From the NCBI GenBank assembly GCA_010909165.1, contig MU008184.1, positions 892,988 through 956,987 on the forward strand: a stretch of 64,000 nt of DNA, read 5' to 3'. Of this stretch, positions 22,309 through 35,964 are shown piece by piece (position 1 is the first letter of the stretch; every line of letters starts with the position of its first letter). The notes beneath the pieces are model-generated. The model was not told the DNA's origin and made no database searches. It saw only the letters and a list, made by a program, of their open reading frames with translations. This DNA is from Anthoceros angustus (lineage: Eukaryota > Plantae > Anthocerotophyta). Position numbers and translations under genes: made by a program.

Positions 22309-25300
22309 TGTGGAAAATCCTTATGCACCTAGCTAAGTTAGGAAGGCAAAGGAAAGCAAGAGATAATGAATGACGAAGTATATTCAATGAATAATCAAGA
22401 GTAAAGTACAAGCCTTTAAATAGGCTAGGTGGTTGGGTGGTTACAACAACAAGTTTGTTGTAACCATAAGTTATTCAACCATAAGTTGTTGCAACCATAA
22501 GTTGTTGCAACTAATATAACAACTAACTACCTAAAGCCCTAGGCATAAATAAATGATGAGTCATAACCTAATTACGTAAACCTAAATAAGCTATGGGCAT
22601 TTAACCCACGATGGTTATATATTTAACACTCCCACTTAACCTCGACGGGTTAAATCTGAAAATCTACTTTAAATAAAGTCTTATCCAGAAAATTCTCGGT
22701 CATATCAGCGTTTCGGGTTCCCGTTGCCTTGTACACCATGAGCGCGGAGATGAACGGAAGCAAGTGAAGCAAGTGACAAGGAGGTGAGCTGATTTCCATG
22801 CCCCAGGATTAGGTAGGTGTGTGGCTTCATCCACTAGATGCATGGAGAATTAGCTGTGAAGGACAAGAATTAGGACAAGAGCTTGTGAAGACATCACAGT
22901 AGGGAGACTAAGTTTGTTACAGAGCATGTGGGTCTGACCACAATGTAAGCTACCATGTAGTAAAATATTTGGTGAAATCCATGAGGCCCAAGCCCTCTAC
23001 ATGTGTCTGATGTTTGTGTTTAGGTAGAGGCTTAGTGAGGACATCGGTATTCTGGATGGATGTATACAGGATTGATGATCCCCTAGCCTTGACGTCCCTC
23101 ACATAATGGTGTGCAATTTCTATATGCTTCGTCCTAGCGTGAAACCTAGGACGATCAACAAGGGCTAAGGCAGATTGGTTATCACAATACAGTACAGTAG
23201 GTGATACCTGCTCACAGTGAACTGAGGAGAGGAAGGAACGTGCTCACTCAGCTTCTTTCGCAGCATCTGTAAGGCATTTGTATTCAGCTTCAGTACTTGA
23301 AAGGGCGATGCTGCTTTGTTTCTTACAACTCCATGTGACAGCTGCAGAGGATAAGAAGAACACATATACACCTTGTGCAAGTGGGGTGAAGCTCACCATG
23401 TCCCACCACTCTCGACAGGACATTCAGGATTTTCCCTCACCGTCATTGATTGGCGGTTCCATTTGTGAGCAATTGGACGGCGATATCACATATCGCTAGC
23501 ACACTTACAGTTCTGGAATGCCAGCGTAATCACGGGTGCCATCAAGCGGTATTTCGTTATTTGAAGGAACACATCATTATGGCTTATGCTACAAGAGAAC
23601 GGGGAGTACCTTTCGGCCTTTGGCCATGTTGAGAATCGATGGGGATACACGCAAGAGCTTGTATATTGGCGGGATGTGCATTGGTCATATTAGCGTTGAA
23701 GGATTTACAAATATATTTGTGGTGTATGATCACGAGCCCTCTTCACGTATCCTCAACACTTGAATTCCAAGACAAAATTTCGGTTCCCCAACATCCGTCA
23801 TTTCAAACTCTCGAGTTCTTCTATCTACTCGTGCTAGATTGTGTGTCATTGCCGGAAGATTGCATCATCAACATAAGCGGCAAGCGGTACATAGGAGGTG
23901 CCATCATCATAGATATAAGCGGAGGGATCAGCAGGCTCTGGCGAAAGCCCGGCCCCTTGATCCCTTGCATTCCAACGCTCTGCGCTTTGTTTAAGACCAT
24001 ATATGCATTTGATAAGTCGACATACATAGTCTCGATGATCGGGATCTTCGTATCCTTCGGCATTCCATACGCTCTTCCTCCAAAATTCCATGCAAGAAGG
24101 CCGTTTCACATCCATCTGCTGCAGCTCAAAATCACGCTCAGCAGCTAAAGCAAGCATAAGACGGATTGATTGAGAGCGTACCACCGGAGAGAAGGTCTCT
24201 TGAAAGTCCAGACCAGGTATTTGCGTGAACCCACGTGCACAGAGCCTTGCTTTGTATCTTGCTATGTTGCCATTAGCATCTAATTTATGCTTAAATACCC
24301 ATTTGCATGTTATGGGTTTACGCCCCTTTGGTCGAGGAACAAATTTAATAGCCTCATTCTGTATGAGGCTATTAAATTCATCATCCACTGCGTACTTCCA
24401 CTTATCCCTATCTGGACCTGAACATGCTTCTTTGAGGGTGACAGTTCGAGGGAGGGATAGCAAGGAGGCATTGTGTGGGCAGTGTGCAAACTCCCACTGA
24501 CTTGCGAAAGTCGATGGATGTGTAAGGGGGCTCTATCCATTCAGATGGAGGACGATGCACACGGGTGGATCGACGCACCGGTTGAGGAGCATTCTCTTCA
24601 GGTAAATGGTCATTCTCATCAGCAGAATCATAGGCATGAGAAGAACTGTCAGGTTCAGACTCTGAGTCTACATGATTTTCTGGGTTCTCAGGTTGTTCAT
24701 GATCTGAATTTTCAGCATCGGCAGCAGGTGCATCTACTTGTGCATCAGCAATGGAGGATCAAGATCTGGTTGGTCGGGGCTCTGGAATTGGTGGGTTCTG
24801 GTGAGCGGCGGGATGTACATGTTGCAAGGGTGGAATATCTGGAGCAGTATCTCCATCAACATCATCAGGGTAGTCAGAATGTTCCTCTGCGAATGTCAAG
24901 TTACCATCATGTTGAGCAGGCAAAACGCTGTCCCCTGTGATTGGTGGCTCCAATGTCTCCAGAAAGGTCACACTCCTTGCTACAGTTGGCTGTAAGGTGT
25001 CTGCATCAATGAGTTTGTAGGCTTTAGCAATTTCGCTGTACCCAACAAATACTAACCCCTTTGAACGATTGTCGAGTTTACGCCTTCTCTCAGCAGGTAT
25101 GTATGCATAAGCTTTCGAACCAAAGATGCGAAGATGCATGATACTTGGTTTTCTCTTCCAGAATCTCTCAAAAGGCGTACAGTCAGGGACTGAATGTGAT
25201 GGAAGTCTGTTGAGTATATATGTAGCTGTAACTACAGCTTCTGCCCAATATGGAGAAGGTAATCCTGACCACAAGAGCATTGATCTCGTCATTCCCATCA

Positions 25301-28300
25301 ATGTTTGATTCTTTCGTTCTGCGACCCCATTTTGCTGTTGGGTATATGGAACGATAAGCTGATGAATAATGCCTTGGCCGGTCAGGAACTCCGTGAAGGC
25401 ATGGCTGACAAATTCACCACCGTTGTCAGTCCTGAAAAGCTTTAGCAAACGACCAGTTTGGCGCTGCACCATGGTTAACCAATCCTTGAAGATAGAAAAT
25501 GTATCACTCTTATGATGCATAGGGTATGTCCACGTATACCGGCTATAGTCGTCAGTTAATGTCAAATAATAGGTTGCACCACCTAGTGACCGAGTTTGTA
25601 GCACGATATGTCGAATGCACTAAGTCGAGGGGCGATGTTGACTGTGTGCAGTGCTCTTGGAAAGGGAGTCTCGTTGCTTGGCAAGAGTGCAAACTTCACA
25701 AATGGGGAGCTCATTAAAACAACGTGGAAGAGGCTCACGATAGTAGTCCCGCTTAGAGATATCAATGAGTTTAGTTACATTAGCATGGCCAAGGCGTGCA
25801 TGCCCTGCCGGCCCGCTGTTGTGAAAGCCAATGTAGTAGAAAATGCTTCATCGGAGGAGAAAATGTCTAGACGGTACAATTCAATCTACAAAGGCTTTGA
25901 AGATACAAATGTTTGGAGCACTACGTCTAGAGAAACAACAAGCGTCATCCGAGGCAAGGACTAGATCCTTCATCTTCATCAATTTGCTAAGTGACATCAA
26001 ATTCTTAGCCATCTTTGGTACATACAAGAGGCGTCGGGAAGAACTAACACACTATCGTCGTGTAGGGAAACTTAGACTCCTCTACCAAGGATAAGACTAC
26101 TCCCACACTCTCATCACCCAAGTATACCTTTTCGATTCTTGATAGTGTCAAAGCGGTAAAGAGAGATGCATCCCGGAGATATGGGCCGTGGCCCCTGAGT
26201 CCAAAACCACCAATCCACCTCACTCGTCAAAGTGTTATTAAGACAAGCGAGAATCTTCACTCGCTTGCAATTTGTGGATGTTGTTGAGGACTGTCTATCT
26301 TGAGCTTGTTGTGTGGTCATGTGTGCGGAGGGTCGAGAAAAAGCCCGTTGAGGCTCGCCACTTTCTTCTTAGGCATTCCGTGCCCAATGACCGAGTACCA
26401 CACCAATTGCATGTACCTTCTTGCTTCGAGTAGAGGAAGATGAACCGGTGTTGCCGGTGTGTAAGAACCGGGCCAAGACGTTGATTATTTCTCCCCTTCC
26501 TCCGCCTCGCCTCTAGTTGCTGAAAAACTTTGTCGGTTTTGTGTTGCTTTTGCTGCCCTCTCATAAGTCGTGTCATTCTTCTTGGTATAGGGCTCCCACA
26601 ACAGCCTCCAGCGAAGGGGTTGGAGTTCCAGTGAAGGGACTGCCCAGGAAGAGCAATGGGCATATTCTGAGTAGTGACAAAAGTTTGATAGCTTGCGGGA
26701 AGTGACCCATTGTGCCGCTGCGTCGACAGTCATAGGACTCCCAAGTGCATTGAGTTGGGATCGCAAGCGTCGAAACTTGCTAACATGATGTGACACGGAC
26801 TCACCATCTCTCATGCGCAGTCGCAAAGTTCAAGGATTGCACAAAAGGTCATCATGTTCAACCTTGTAAGTATTTGATAATTGGTCCCATATATCCTTGG
26901 CTTTAGTCAAGTATTCGGTTTCAGGAATAAGGTCAGCATCCAAGCCGTTAACCAAAAGAGCAATGGCGATGCTATTGAAGCCATCCCACTTGTCCTTGTC
27001 AGCTTGAGTAACATTTGCAGCAGTTCCTTGTGCACGAGGGACACCGGGGTCCGGATAGGAGCCATCAACAACACTCCAAACGCCACGAGCTACCAAGGTA
27101 GTCTTCATACGGACCTTCCAAATGTCAAATCTCGTCCCATTGAAGCGGTCTTTGTCCTTGATATCAGATGTGAATGAAGGTGTTGCCATGGCGGTTGAAT
27201 GTCAAGTGAGCAGAACTATAGTAGGACTGCTACAAGAGAGATGTCTACGAGTCAATAGAAAATGTGTGGGAGATTCATATATAGGTAACTGCCTAAATGT
27301 GAAGGGTGCCCTAAAAAATATAAAGGGTGCCCTAAAATCCAAAAAACTAACTTCAAATCTGAAACGTGCCCTAAAAACGAAGGGTGCCCTAAAATCCAAA
27401 AAAACTATCTTAAAATCTGAAACGTGCCCTAAAAACGAAGGGTGCCCTAAAAATTAATAAGAAAATTCATGTGAATTTTCTGGTGGCAGGGGAGGTGGTT
27501 ATAATAACTGTTTTTTTTTTTATAACTACCTATTGGCAACAAAGAAATTGGGCAGCAAAGAATGCATGCAAAGAATTGCAGATTTGCAGCAAATCTCAAG
27601 CAAAAAACAAGCAATTTCTTGCTCCAGCGTGATAGAAGTGGGCTCCCAAGCAATGCGCACCAACGCAATCATCCCCTCCGCAGTGTCAAAGAACAATATC
27701 ATCAGGGCTTTGCCCTGATTGGCCCAATTTTTGCATTTTCTTCAAATCTGATTGTTGCATAAATAATTGGATCAAATGTTGGGTTGCAGATACACCATCA
27801 CTTATATCCTTGGTGCATTGATTAATGCTATGCTGCAATCTCTTCTCCATATCATGCAAGGCTGTGAGAAAGAGATCTTGTCTTGCAATCAATTGAGAAA
27901 TTCGAACATCAAGTCTTCCATAGTGATAGTTGATCAATTTTGATAGTGATTCACTAGAGTCTGGGACATAATCATCATTTTCTTCATCGATATTGCCTCC
28001 CTCTCGATCTCTCACCTGATTACGATCGCTGCGTTCTTGTGCTTGCCTCCCCGCGCGCGGATGCGATGCGATATTCGTCAAAATATTGGCTCCATGGTCC
28101 GTTGCAAGTTGGAGGAACCGTTGTACACAGAGTTGCGTGGGAAAACCTCACGCATAAGTGGTGATGCACGGAGTCCCTCCTGAGGCATTGCACAAAGAAC
28201 AAAAATCGTGAAGTGGCATCGGGCTCGATACCATGTGGAAAATCCTTATGCACCTAGCTAAGTTAGGAAGGCAAAGGAAAGCAAGAGATAATGAATGACG

Positions 28301-28553
28301 AAGTATATTCAATGAATAATCAAGAGTAAAGTACAAGCCTTTAAATAGGCTAGGTGGTTGGGTGGTTACAACAACAAGTTTGTTGTAACCATAAGTTGTT
28401 CAACCATAAGTTGTTGCAACCATAAGTTGTTGCAACTAATATAACAACTAACTACCTAAAGCCCTAGGCATAAATAAATGATGAGTCATAACCTAATTAC
28501 GTAAACCTAAATAAGCTATGGGCATTTAACCCGCGATGGTTATATATTTAACA
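22309..28553 (-). mobile_element. Copia element C, full length 6,245 bp, inserted in the 5' leader of B
   Basis: LTRs 22309-22628 and 28234-28553 (320 bp, 2 substitutions). TSD GCGTT at 22304-22308 and 28554-28558. PPT 22629-22637; PBS 28221-28233. Gag 26830-27189, integrase 24759-25604, RT 23846-24463 (YVDD), RNase H (RTKHIEIAHH) ~23000-23200. Confidence 0.96.
27300..27452. repeat. GTGCCCTAAAA-containing tandem repeats in the Copia C leader
   Basis: Six GTGCCCTAAAA cores in alternating short and long units. Confidence 0.8.
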
Positions 28554-29071
28554 GCGTTGTTGTGAACCTGTATTGGAGACAGAAGAAAGAGGACCTGCAT
28601 GTAGATTTGGGATGTGATCAAGAGCGAGTTCTATTGCTTTCACTTGACTTAAACTAAAGATAGTAAGCAGGTGTCTTCTAGCAATTTCTATTTGCCTCCC
28701 TTGATCTTCTACTTTGATTAGAATAGAGCCAATGAAGTTAGCAATAAGTATGGAATCTCCTACTATCTGGCTATACTTCCTAGCAATTCTAATCTTTGCA
28801 TTCCTGTATTCTATATCTTGTTTTGCAGCCTTAATCTTCTTCCAATAACCTTGCTTGTAGGATTAAAAGAATCCATCGCATTGGAGCAAGGATTGGATGC
28901 ACGAGTGTGCATTATTGAAGATTAGGGAACTGCATGAAGCATCAATCTATGACATGCAATCTGAAGAATCTATACATCTTCTAAAAAGAAATGAAGAAGA
29001 AGATGAAGAAGAAGTGTAGATCGCATGTCAAGTTGCCCAATGCAAATGGAGAGCAGCAATGCTCGATACCA

Positions 29072-29342
29072 TGATGAGAATCATAGCTCTAGGTAGCAAA
29101 ACATAGCGGATAGTAGAAAGCTTTGCAAAAAGAGTTGTATGCATTGATAATAGAAAGTACAAAGCCTTTATATAGGCTAAGTGGTTACAACCATAAGGTG
29201 GTTGTAACCATAAGTAGTTCTAACCTCTAAGTGGTTGTAACAACTAACTACTCAATAAACTACCTAAAGCCCTAAGAACTAAATTAATTAATAGTCTTAG
29301 GTGTCCTAGTGAAGAGTGCCCTAAATAGGTCATATTTCATCA
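29072..29342 (-). repeat. 5' LTR of Copia B
   Basis: Matches 4722-5001; flanked by the PBS and the ACGTA TSD. Confidence 0.93.
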
Positions 29343-30621
29343 ACGTATCTGTCAATTGAGTCCATACTTCTGCTGCTGTTGACAAAAATTCAACTTCTGT
29401 CACTGTGGCCTCGTCTAGGCCCGACAGTAGTATAGCAAATGCAAGTTTGTTACCCTTCTTCCACTTATCTATGCCAGTTTGCTGTGCTGTAGATGCTTGT
29501 TTGGAAATGGTGCCATCGACATACTCCAGAACGTCCCTGGCATCAAGAATGGCTTTCATTCAAGCACGCCAGCTCTCAAAGCGGTGGGGCTTCCCATCAA
29601 AGCGATCTTTTTCCTTAAAGTCACCAGAGAAGGAACATCCCACTGTGAAGGAGGTTGATGCTGCAGTATTCATGGCTCCAGTCCACCACGAAGCTGCAAA
29701 GCGTGCTTGAAGTTGATCAAGAGCATACGTATATGGGAATGTGTGCGCCCGTGACATGCCGCCACGACACGAACGACGTGGGAAGTAAGCAACAGACCCA
29801 TCACTACGAAACGCTATCCTGTCATGCAAACTTATGCTTAATTTAACTTAATTAAATAATTTTACCCTAACCGTCACATGTCCCAAGACTTGGAACGTCA
29901 TGTCTATCTGATGTTGTCTGTTGGTAGAGCTGCAGGCATCCTCCGTGTCAAGAAGAAATCAGGCATGAAGAAAAGCTGCGCCCTTTTGTCACCACCTTCC
30001 TCTGAAGATTGTGACGTTTCAGATCTGGTTACATCAGCAAGGTAGGGAGCCCAAACTCTCAAGTGTGGGCATCAGGGATGCTAGCAGATCAGCAGCAGTT
30101 GGCTGGCTTGGAGCAAATCGTGTAAATGGTACTGGGGCAACATTCATTCTGGTCACTCCTGTTGAGATGTCCTCAAGAATTCGCAGTACTGTCTCCAGGC
30201 GTTCTTCCAATGCTGCAATTCTAATGTAGATTAGTTGCCGCTGAAGTTCTCCAGTATCAACACGAGCTCCGATTGCTGCATCCCTTTCTCTGAGTTCTTG
30301 TGCAGGATTCACGCGAGGAGTTGGGAGGCTGGCCTCTTCAGCACGGTGGTACTCAAAATCCGTGCATCAAAGTGGTGGAGAGTCTCTTGAAGCTTGCTAT
30401 CCCGTTTCTGATCTTTGGCTTTGGGCAGGATTACTGTTCCTCCTAAAGCCGTGAGGACCCAGCTCTCCTCTCCTCCGTGTCTTCCTGGTTCTTACACCAG
30501 CATGATCGCTGTGAGGCCCTACTTGTAGTGTCCTGTGCTAGGATGCAGTGAGACAATGCCAATTCTGCATTGAGTCTAGACTACAATCAGCCACAGGGCT
30601 ACAGCCAGGGCTCTAATACCA

Positions 30622-30795
30622 TGCTAATTTACGAGCATGTGTGCAAGACACCAACAATACTCAAAAGCAGGAATACAAGAACTACTATACTTTACTCGCA
30701 ATTAAAGCGTCTTATATACAATGCGTTTTCGTAACCCTAAAATACTTAACCCTAATGTAGGTTATAAACATTAAATAACCCTTCGTTATTCAACA
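30622..30795 (-). repeat. 5' LTR of Copia A
   Basis: TG...CA termini, next to PBS-like GGCTCTAATACCA. Confidence 0.8.
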
Positions 30796-31434
30796 TTGCT
30801 CTCTAAAATTAGCTTCATCCTCAATCTCTTCCACGCCCATTGCAAAATCATCTTCCGGGCACATCTCAGTCTTTCAAACTTATCAAGACACTCTTGATCA
30901 GGAACCACTTCTGGATGGGGGGCAACCAGAGGCATTGAAAACTCACCAACCTCAGAAGGCATGGCAGCAGCCTTGTTGGCCTGCTGCAACAAACCTGCCC
31001 CACAGACACTTCACAGCATTCAGTACCATGGTGTCATTAGTGATCAAATGCTCATTTTCACCAACAAAATCCACTCCTCTCTCAGTAACAGGGACGTAGT
31101 TCGTGATCTCAGATAAAGGGCCTTCCACAAAAGGAACTGGACGAGTGTCCAATCTTCTTCTCTTTTGAGCAAACTCGGCTGCGCGCCGAGCAGCCAATGT
31201 AGAAGAAAAACGCCTTGGCAACTTTGGACACTCCTTCATTGGAACCAAATACGTTCCCTCACTATGGACAAGAACGCCATGGGTTTTACCGTCATCATTG
31301 AGAGGATGAGTTGCAGTATGTGCAATGGCAGACTTGACTCGTTATCTTGTATAGGGCTTTGACATGACTTCAGACATATGTACTTGTTTTTTCCCGGGTC
31401 CAGCAGGTCCAGTAGGTTTTCTTTTTGGAGCCAT
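30796..31434 (-). pseudogene. Orphan coding exon beginning MAPKRKPTGPAGPGKKQ, truncated by the Copia A insertion
   Basis: ATG at 31434 directly after a TTTCAG acceptor. The frame continues through ORF 30952-31248 with one stop. Basic NLS-like motifs PKRK and KRRR. Confidence 0.45.
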
Positions 31435-34400
31435 CTGAAAAAAGAATAATGTGAGACAAGCACTACAGGAACACAAAGCAAAAATGTAAAACAACACTTG
31501 TTGGACTTACTTGTGAAAAACATAATTCGAGATAAAACCTGCTGGAAAGTTTAGAAGTTGATGATCAGATGATCGAGGCAGAAGCAACGACGATGGTAAC
31601 AAGTGTGACAGCAACAACATCTGACGATGACACCCATGCTTGACTTCCCTTTGCTTTTTGATAAAGATGCGACGGATAAACATCTTCCACCTTATCGTTC
31701 TAAACATGCACGCCCTCAAAAAAAGCATTCCAAATAACACATGCAATTCACCCATTTTGATACCCAACTGGCAAGAGAGACAAACACATATTAACATTAA
31801 ACAACCCGAAATCAGGAAATCAACCACACGAAGCTTTTCGCCGCAAGATTTTCCAGAAGGAATTGGAGCAAACCCTCCCAAGCGTTGCAATCCCCTACAA
31901 ACAACAGGGACCCTTTTGAGCAAGTGAAATGCCTCTACACTACCAAATCCTACAAATAGGATTGACAATTACTACAAACAATACAAAAGAAGCTTACAAA
32001 TTAAACACACACAGTTATACAACGACACCTCACAGTTTCCTCGAGCACGGAGAACACAGACTTGCAACAGAAAACTTTAAAATCAATACTATGTTACAGT
32101 CAAACCGACGCGTGTCATATGCGATACAGAGACAAAAAAACATGCCTTACTTTCAGGAACCAATAAGTAAAGATACAAACAAGCTCAGTCAATAGTCAGA
32201 CACTCACTCAGATAGACAGTTAATTCAGAAACACACTCAGATGGTTAGTTAAAATTCAGACACAGATAGACAGTTAACACTCAGACCGGCGAAATAACAC
32301 TCAGACAGACACCAGACAGGCAAAGAGACACATACACAATCAGACAAAGCAAAGACACAACACAGAAAGACACTGAACCAGCCAGGTACAGGTATGGATC
32401 AAACAACAGTGAAAGTCACACATAAGGTGAAAGTGTAACTGTTACTCAAGGGTAGCAGCTGTCACACAAACGGTGTATAAGAACAAAAACAAAGAAAGTC
32501 ACACAACAAGACGAGATGACTCAAGTCGCAGAATAACACTCACATACAAAAGAACCCTGCATGTATAAAGACAAAAAGACATGGAATCAGACAACTAATA
32601 TAAACAATCAACAGGACAGCAGACCTACTTCTTCAGCTGAGGCCTTGAAGTGATGCTAAAAACACCTTGGCCTTTAGAACCAACTTCGGAAGTAAACAAC
32701 CTTGGCCCTTGAAACAACACCATCAAAAACGACACAGACAGACCTTTGCCCTCGAAACATGAAAGACGTTGAACTTAACAAAAGAAAGTCCCTCCAACAA
32801 CAAAAACATTGAGCACAGACAACGATGCCTTGGTCTCAGCCAATCTTACTCCCGACAACTAAACAAGCACTTCATGTAGTATAACGAGAAATAACCAATA
32901 ACCAAAGGAGAAAATTAGAAGACGTAACAGAGTAGCCAACTTCACAACGAAACAGAAGAGCTTAACCATATACCTTAGACAAGGACCGAAGGATAGCCCA
33001 AACTACAACCTGCATAGACAGGTATTGAAACAGTGATCTTAGTTAACAGTAAAACAAGAAGACTATCATAAATGAACTAACAGACAAGAAGCCTGACAAA
33101 GAACTACAAATCTTAACTATTCTTACAGTTTGCACAGACAATTGAAGACCATCCAATCCCGTGTGGATTACTTCTTGCGGCCAATTACTCTCTGTGTCTC
33201 ACGCAAGTACAACAGACAGTAAGAACAGCACTGATCAACAACATGAAACAATGACGTAATGCTGACAGCCACATACCTGAGAGCATCTCCCGAGAAAACA
33301 ACCTGCATGAAAGACAGAGTAAGAATGATACCTTGACAAAATCAAATGTACTTGAAACAACGCGAGCAACACAACCAAACTACTATGCAGGACATTGTCT
33401 ACTGACAGGCAAAAACTAAAACGACAAACAACAAAACTTAAATTGTGAAAACACAGGACACACAGTTGAAATACTAAACGATCCCGGTTTACATCCTGAA
33501 GTAATTCCCCTATTACGTCTCGACCTAAACCGGCAAACTTGTCTGCATCAAAACAAGCAAGCAGATAGTAAGGAACAGAAAGAGAGGGAGGCCCGTGCAG
33601 TAAGACGGAAGCAACCAACCACACAATATCCAAAATGAGAGGAAATCAACACGCTGTCACAACAACTTTGACTTATATAGAACGTTCAAGGTACTTTGAA
33701 AAACAGCTACATACAAAAAGATTCAAACGAAAGTTGCAAGAAAAAACCTAACTACACGGAGTCAGAACGCAGGTCACAGCACAGAGCAGCAGTGTAAGCG
33801 ACCACGAAACCAAAAGAAATCAAGAAGAACACACATACAGATTACTTACAACAAGCAAAGCAAAAAATAGCAACCAAATTGCTGGTTGGAAGGTGGGTTA
33901 GAGAATCCAGAAATCACAACATGCAGCTGCGCTTGGCGAGAACTAAGCAAGCTACAATCGCAAAAGGTCGAAAGCTCTCAATCGAAAAGGATCTGAACTT
34001 GCGCTTCCGCCAAGTGTCAGTGCTGATCGTTTTAAAAAAAACGAAACAGATGGACGGGCTGGCGTAACGGAAAAGCTTAAGATCAACGACGCACGAGGAA
34101 GAGAAGGAATATCGACAAACTACATGCAGAAACAAAGCAAGAACTTCACAGCATACAAAGTGATAGGCCAAGAGACAACAAGCGAGGCCTAAGCGAGGCG
34201 CCATCAAACAAGAATACCTTCAACAGCAAAAGCCCCGAAAGATACACAAATACAGGCCGCGATGCACACAGAGACCGGTAAGCGAGAGCCGAAAGCACTA
34301 CCGCCATAGCAAACAGACACAGCACCAAAAGCGCAGCAAACACAAACAAGAGCGATACTTCGAGCGTACAACTGAGCAAAAGAAAACTAAGCAAACCACA

Positions 34401-34439
34401 AAAGAGCCATGTGAAACAAGGACCGCGACGTCACATTGA

Positions 34440-34830
34440 GCAAAACGGCCTTAACCTTTAAGCTAACAAAGACCTTGGCCTTCGGTGCCGAAAAACACCT
34501 TGGCCTTCGGACTAAGAACCACCCTTGACCTTCAAAGCAGGAAAACAACTTGCCCTTCGGACCTAGAAGACCCCTTGGCCTTCGGAAGAACCTTCGGAAC
34601 AGAGCAACAAAACGACCTTGCCCTTCGAAACAAACTTGAGAAAGACCTTTGCCTTGGAACAAAGGCTGGAAAAAGGCCTTAGCCTTCGGAGCAGAGCCTG
34701 AAAGAACCTTGGCAAACGAAAAGACTGGACAAAGGCCTTGGCCTTCGGAGCAGAGCTTGGAAGCACCTTCAACTTCGAAATACAGCATGTAAAAAGACCT
34801 TGGGCTTTGGAGAAGCCATTTAAACAGGCC
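34440..34830. repeat. Degenerate repeats with an ACCTTGGCCTTCGGA core
   Basis: More than 10 dispersed-tandem occurrences; related copies at 32640-32760. Confidence 0.7.
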
Positions 34831-35394
34831 AGCAAACCCTAGACAATCTCCCTCTCTGTTGGCACCGCCATTCTCTCTCTACCGAAGCTCATTTGAATTC
34901 ACCGAACCTAGTTTTCCGAGCGGATTCCAATCCTGCGTAGGTTCGCCAATCGCTGCCGCCACCGCCTGCTCACTCAAACCTAATTTCTTTGTTCCAAACC
35001 TAGCTTAACTACGCACTGTCTCCGAACCCCGGGCGTGAGGCAAGCCGCCGTCAATCACGGCACGCACACACACCATCAAACCATCCGAACCTAATTTTTC
35101 AGTACTTAAACAAGTTCCATCTGCTTTCCGCTGCATCACCATCACAGCCTCCCCACCTTCTTGTTGCTACCATCCTCGCGGAGATTTTGGCGCTCGGTCA
35201 AGGTCTTTATGCTCGGCGTTCTGGCCCTTGGCGAAGGATCCGCTCATGAGGTCTTGGCGCCGACGCTCGGGTGCTCACGAAGCTCGGCAACGCGAGGTTC
35301 CTGGAGCTGGCGGAGGTTCCGGCTCCGCATGAGGTGCTGAAGTCGGAGGTTTTCCGCTGGCGGAGGTTCTCATGGGTGCGCCCCTCATGCTTTT

Positions 35395-35964
35395 GAAGCC
35401 TCATCCACAGCCCCGTGGTGTCCTTGGAGAGCGTAACGCCATCCAGATCCGCGATCGCCTGTATTGCCCACCACACTAGCACTTGCGATGGGTTTGCCTT
35501 CCACTAGATTTTTAGACATCACCAACCCATCGAATGAGAAAATAGCCACCGACATCTCGCTTTTGCTTTTCAGTGGACGACATCCTCTTACGCCGCCCTT
35601 ACGTGACCACAACGCCAACCACAATTCCGCACCTAGCATCCTTGTAGAGGTTCTTGCGAAGGTGCGTCCCTTGGCGTTTTTGCTAGAAGCCTCATCCACA
35701 CAGTCTGGCTGGTGTCCTTGGAGAGCGCCCAACGTCATCCAGATCTGCGATCAGCCAGGTATTGCCCACCACACTAGCACTTGCTTGCTGATGGGTTTGC
35801 CTTCCACTAGATTTTTAGACATCAGCCAACCTACTGAATGAGAAAATAGCCACTGACATCTCGTTTTGCTTTTCAGGCTGGACGACATCCTCTTACGCTC
35901 AGCGCTCCTTACGTGACCACAACGCCAACCACAATTCCGCACCTAGCATCCTTGTAGAGGTTCT
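35395..35964. repeat. ~290-bp tandem duplication
   Basis: GAAGCCTCATCCACA...CTTGTAGAGGTTCT occurs at ~35395-35653 and ~35686-35964. Confidence 0.88.

Larger units (their letters stand above)
4722..29342 (-). mobile_element. Copia element B, full length (~7.3 kb of its own sequence, expanded to 24.6 kb by nested insertions)
   Basis: 3' LTR 4722-5001 and 5' LTR 29072-29342 (TGATGAGAA...TTTCATCA). TSD ACGTA at 4717-4721 and 29343-29347. PPT (rc CTCCCACTC) 5002-5010; degenerate PBS 29061-29071. RT MDVKTTYLYG (7691-7915), integrase 8750-9155 plus 18562-18800, protease WYLDSGATFHIC ~20990-21030, gag to ~21960. Confidence 0.95.
3312..30795 (-). mobile_element. Copia element A (host), present as 3312-4721 and 29343-30795, split by element B; 3' end outside the window
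   Basis: Removing 4722-29342 and one ACGTA copy rejoins gag as EVWTQLTDT|YQVRNILTLVAARNDFYG. Knuckle CNWCQLPGHWERDC (4195-4380), GAG-pre-integrase LWHVRLGH and integrase start (3333-4031). PBS 30609-30621; 5' LTR 30622-30795. Confidence 0.9.

Noticed and set aside
33235-34835. Hydrophobic minus-strand ORFs as membrane proteins
   Set aside because: They follow from the T/G-rich strand bias and repeats; no family motifs.
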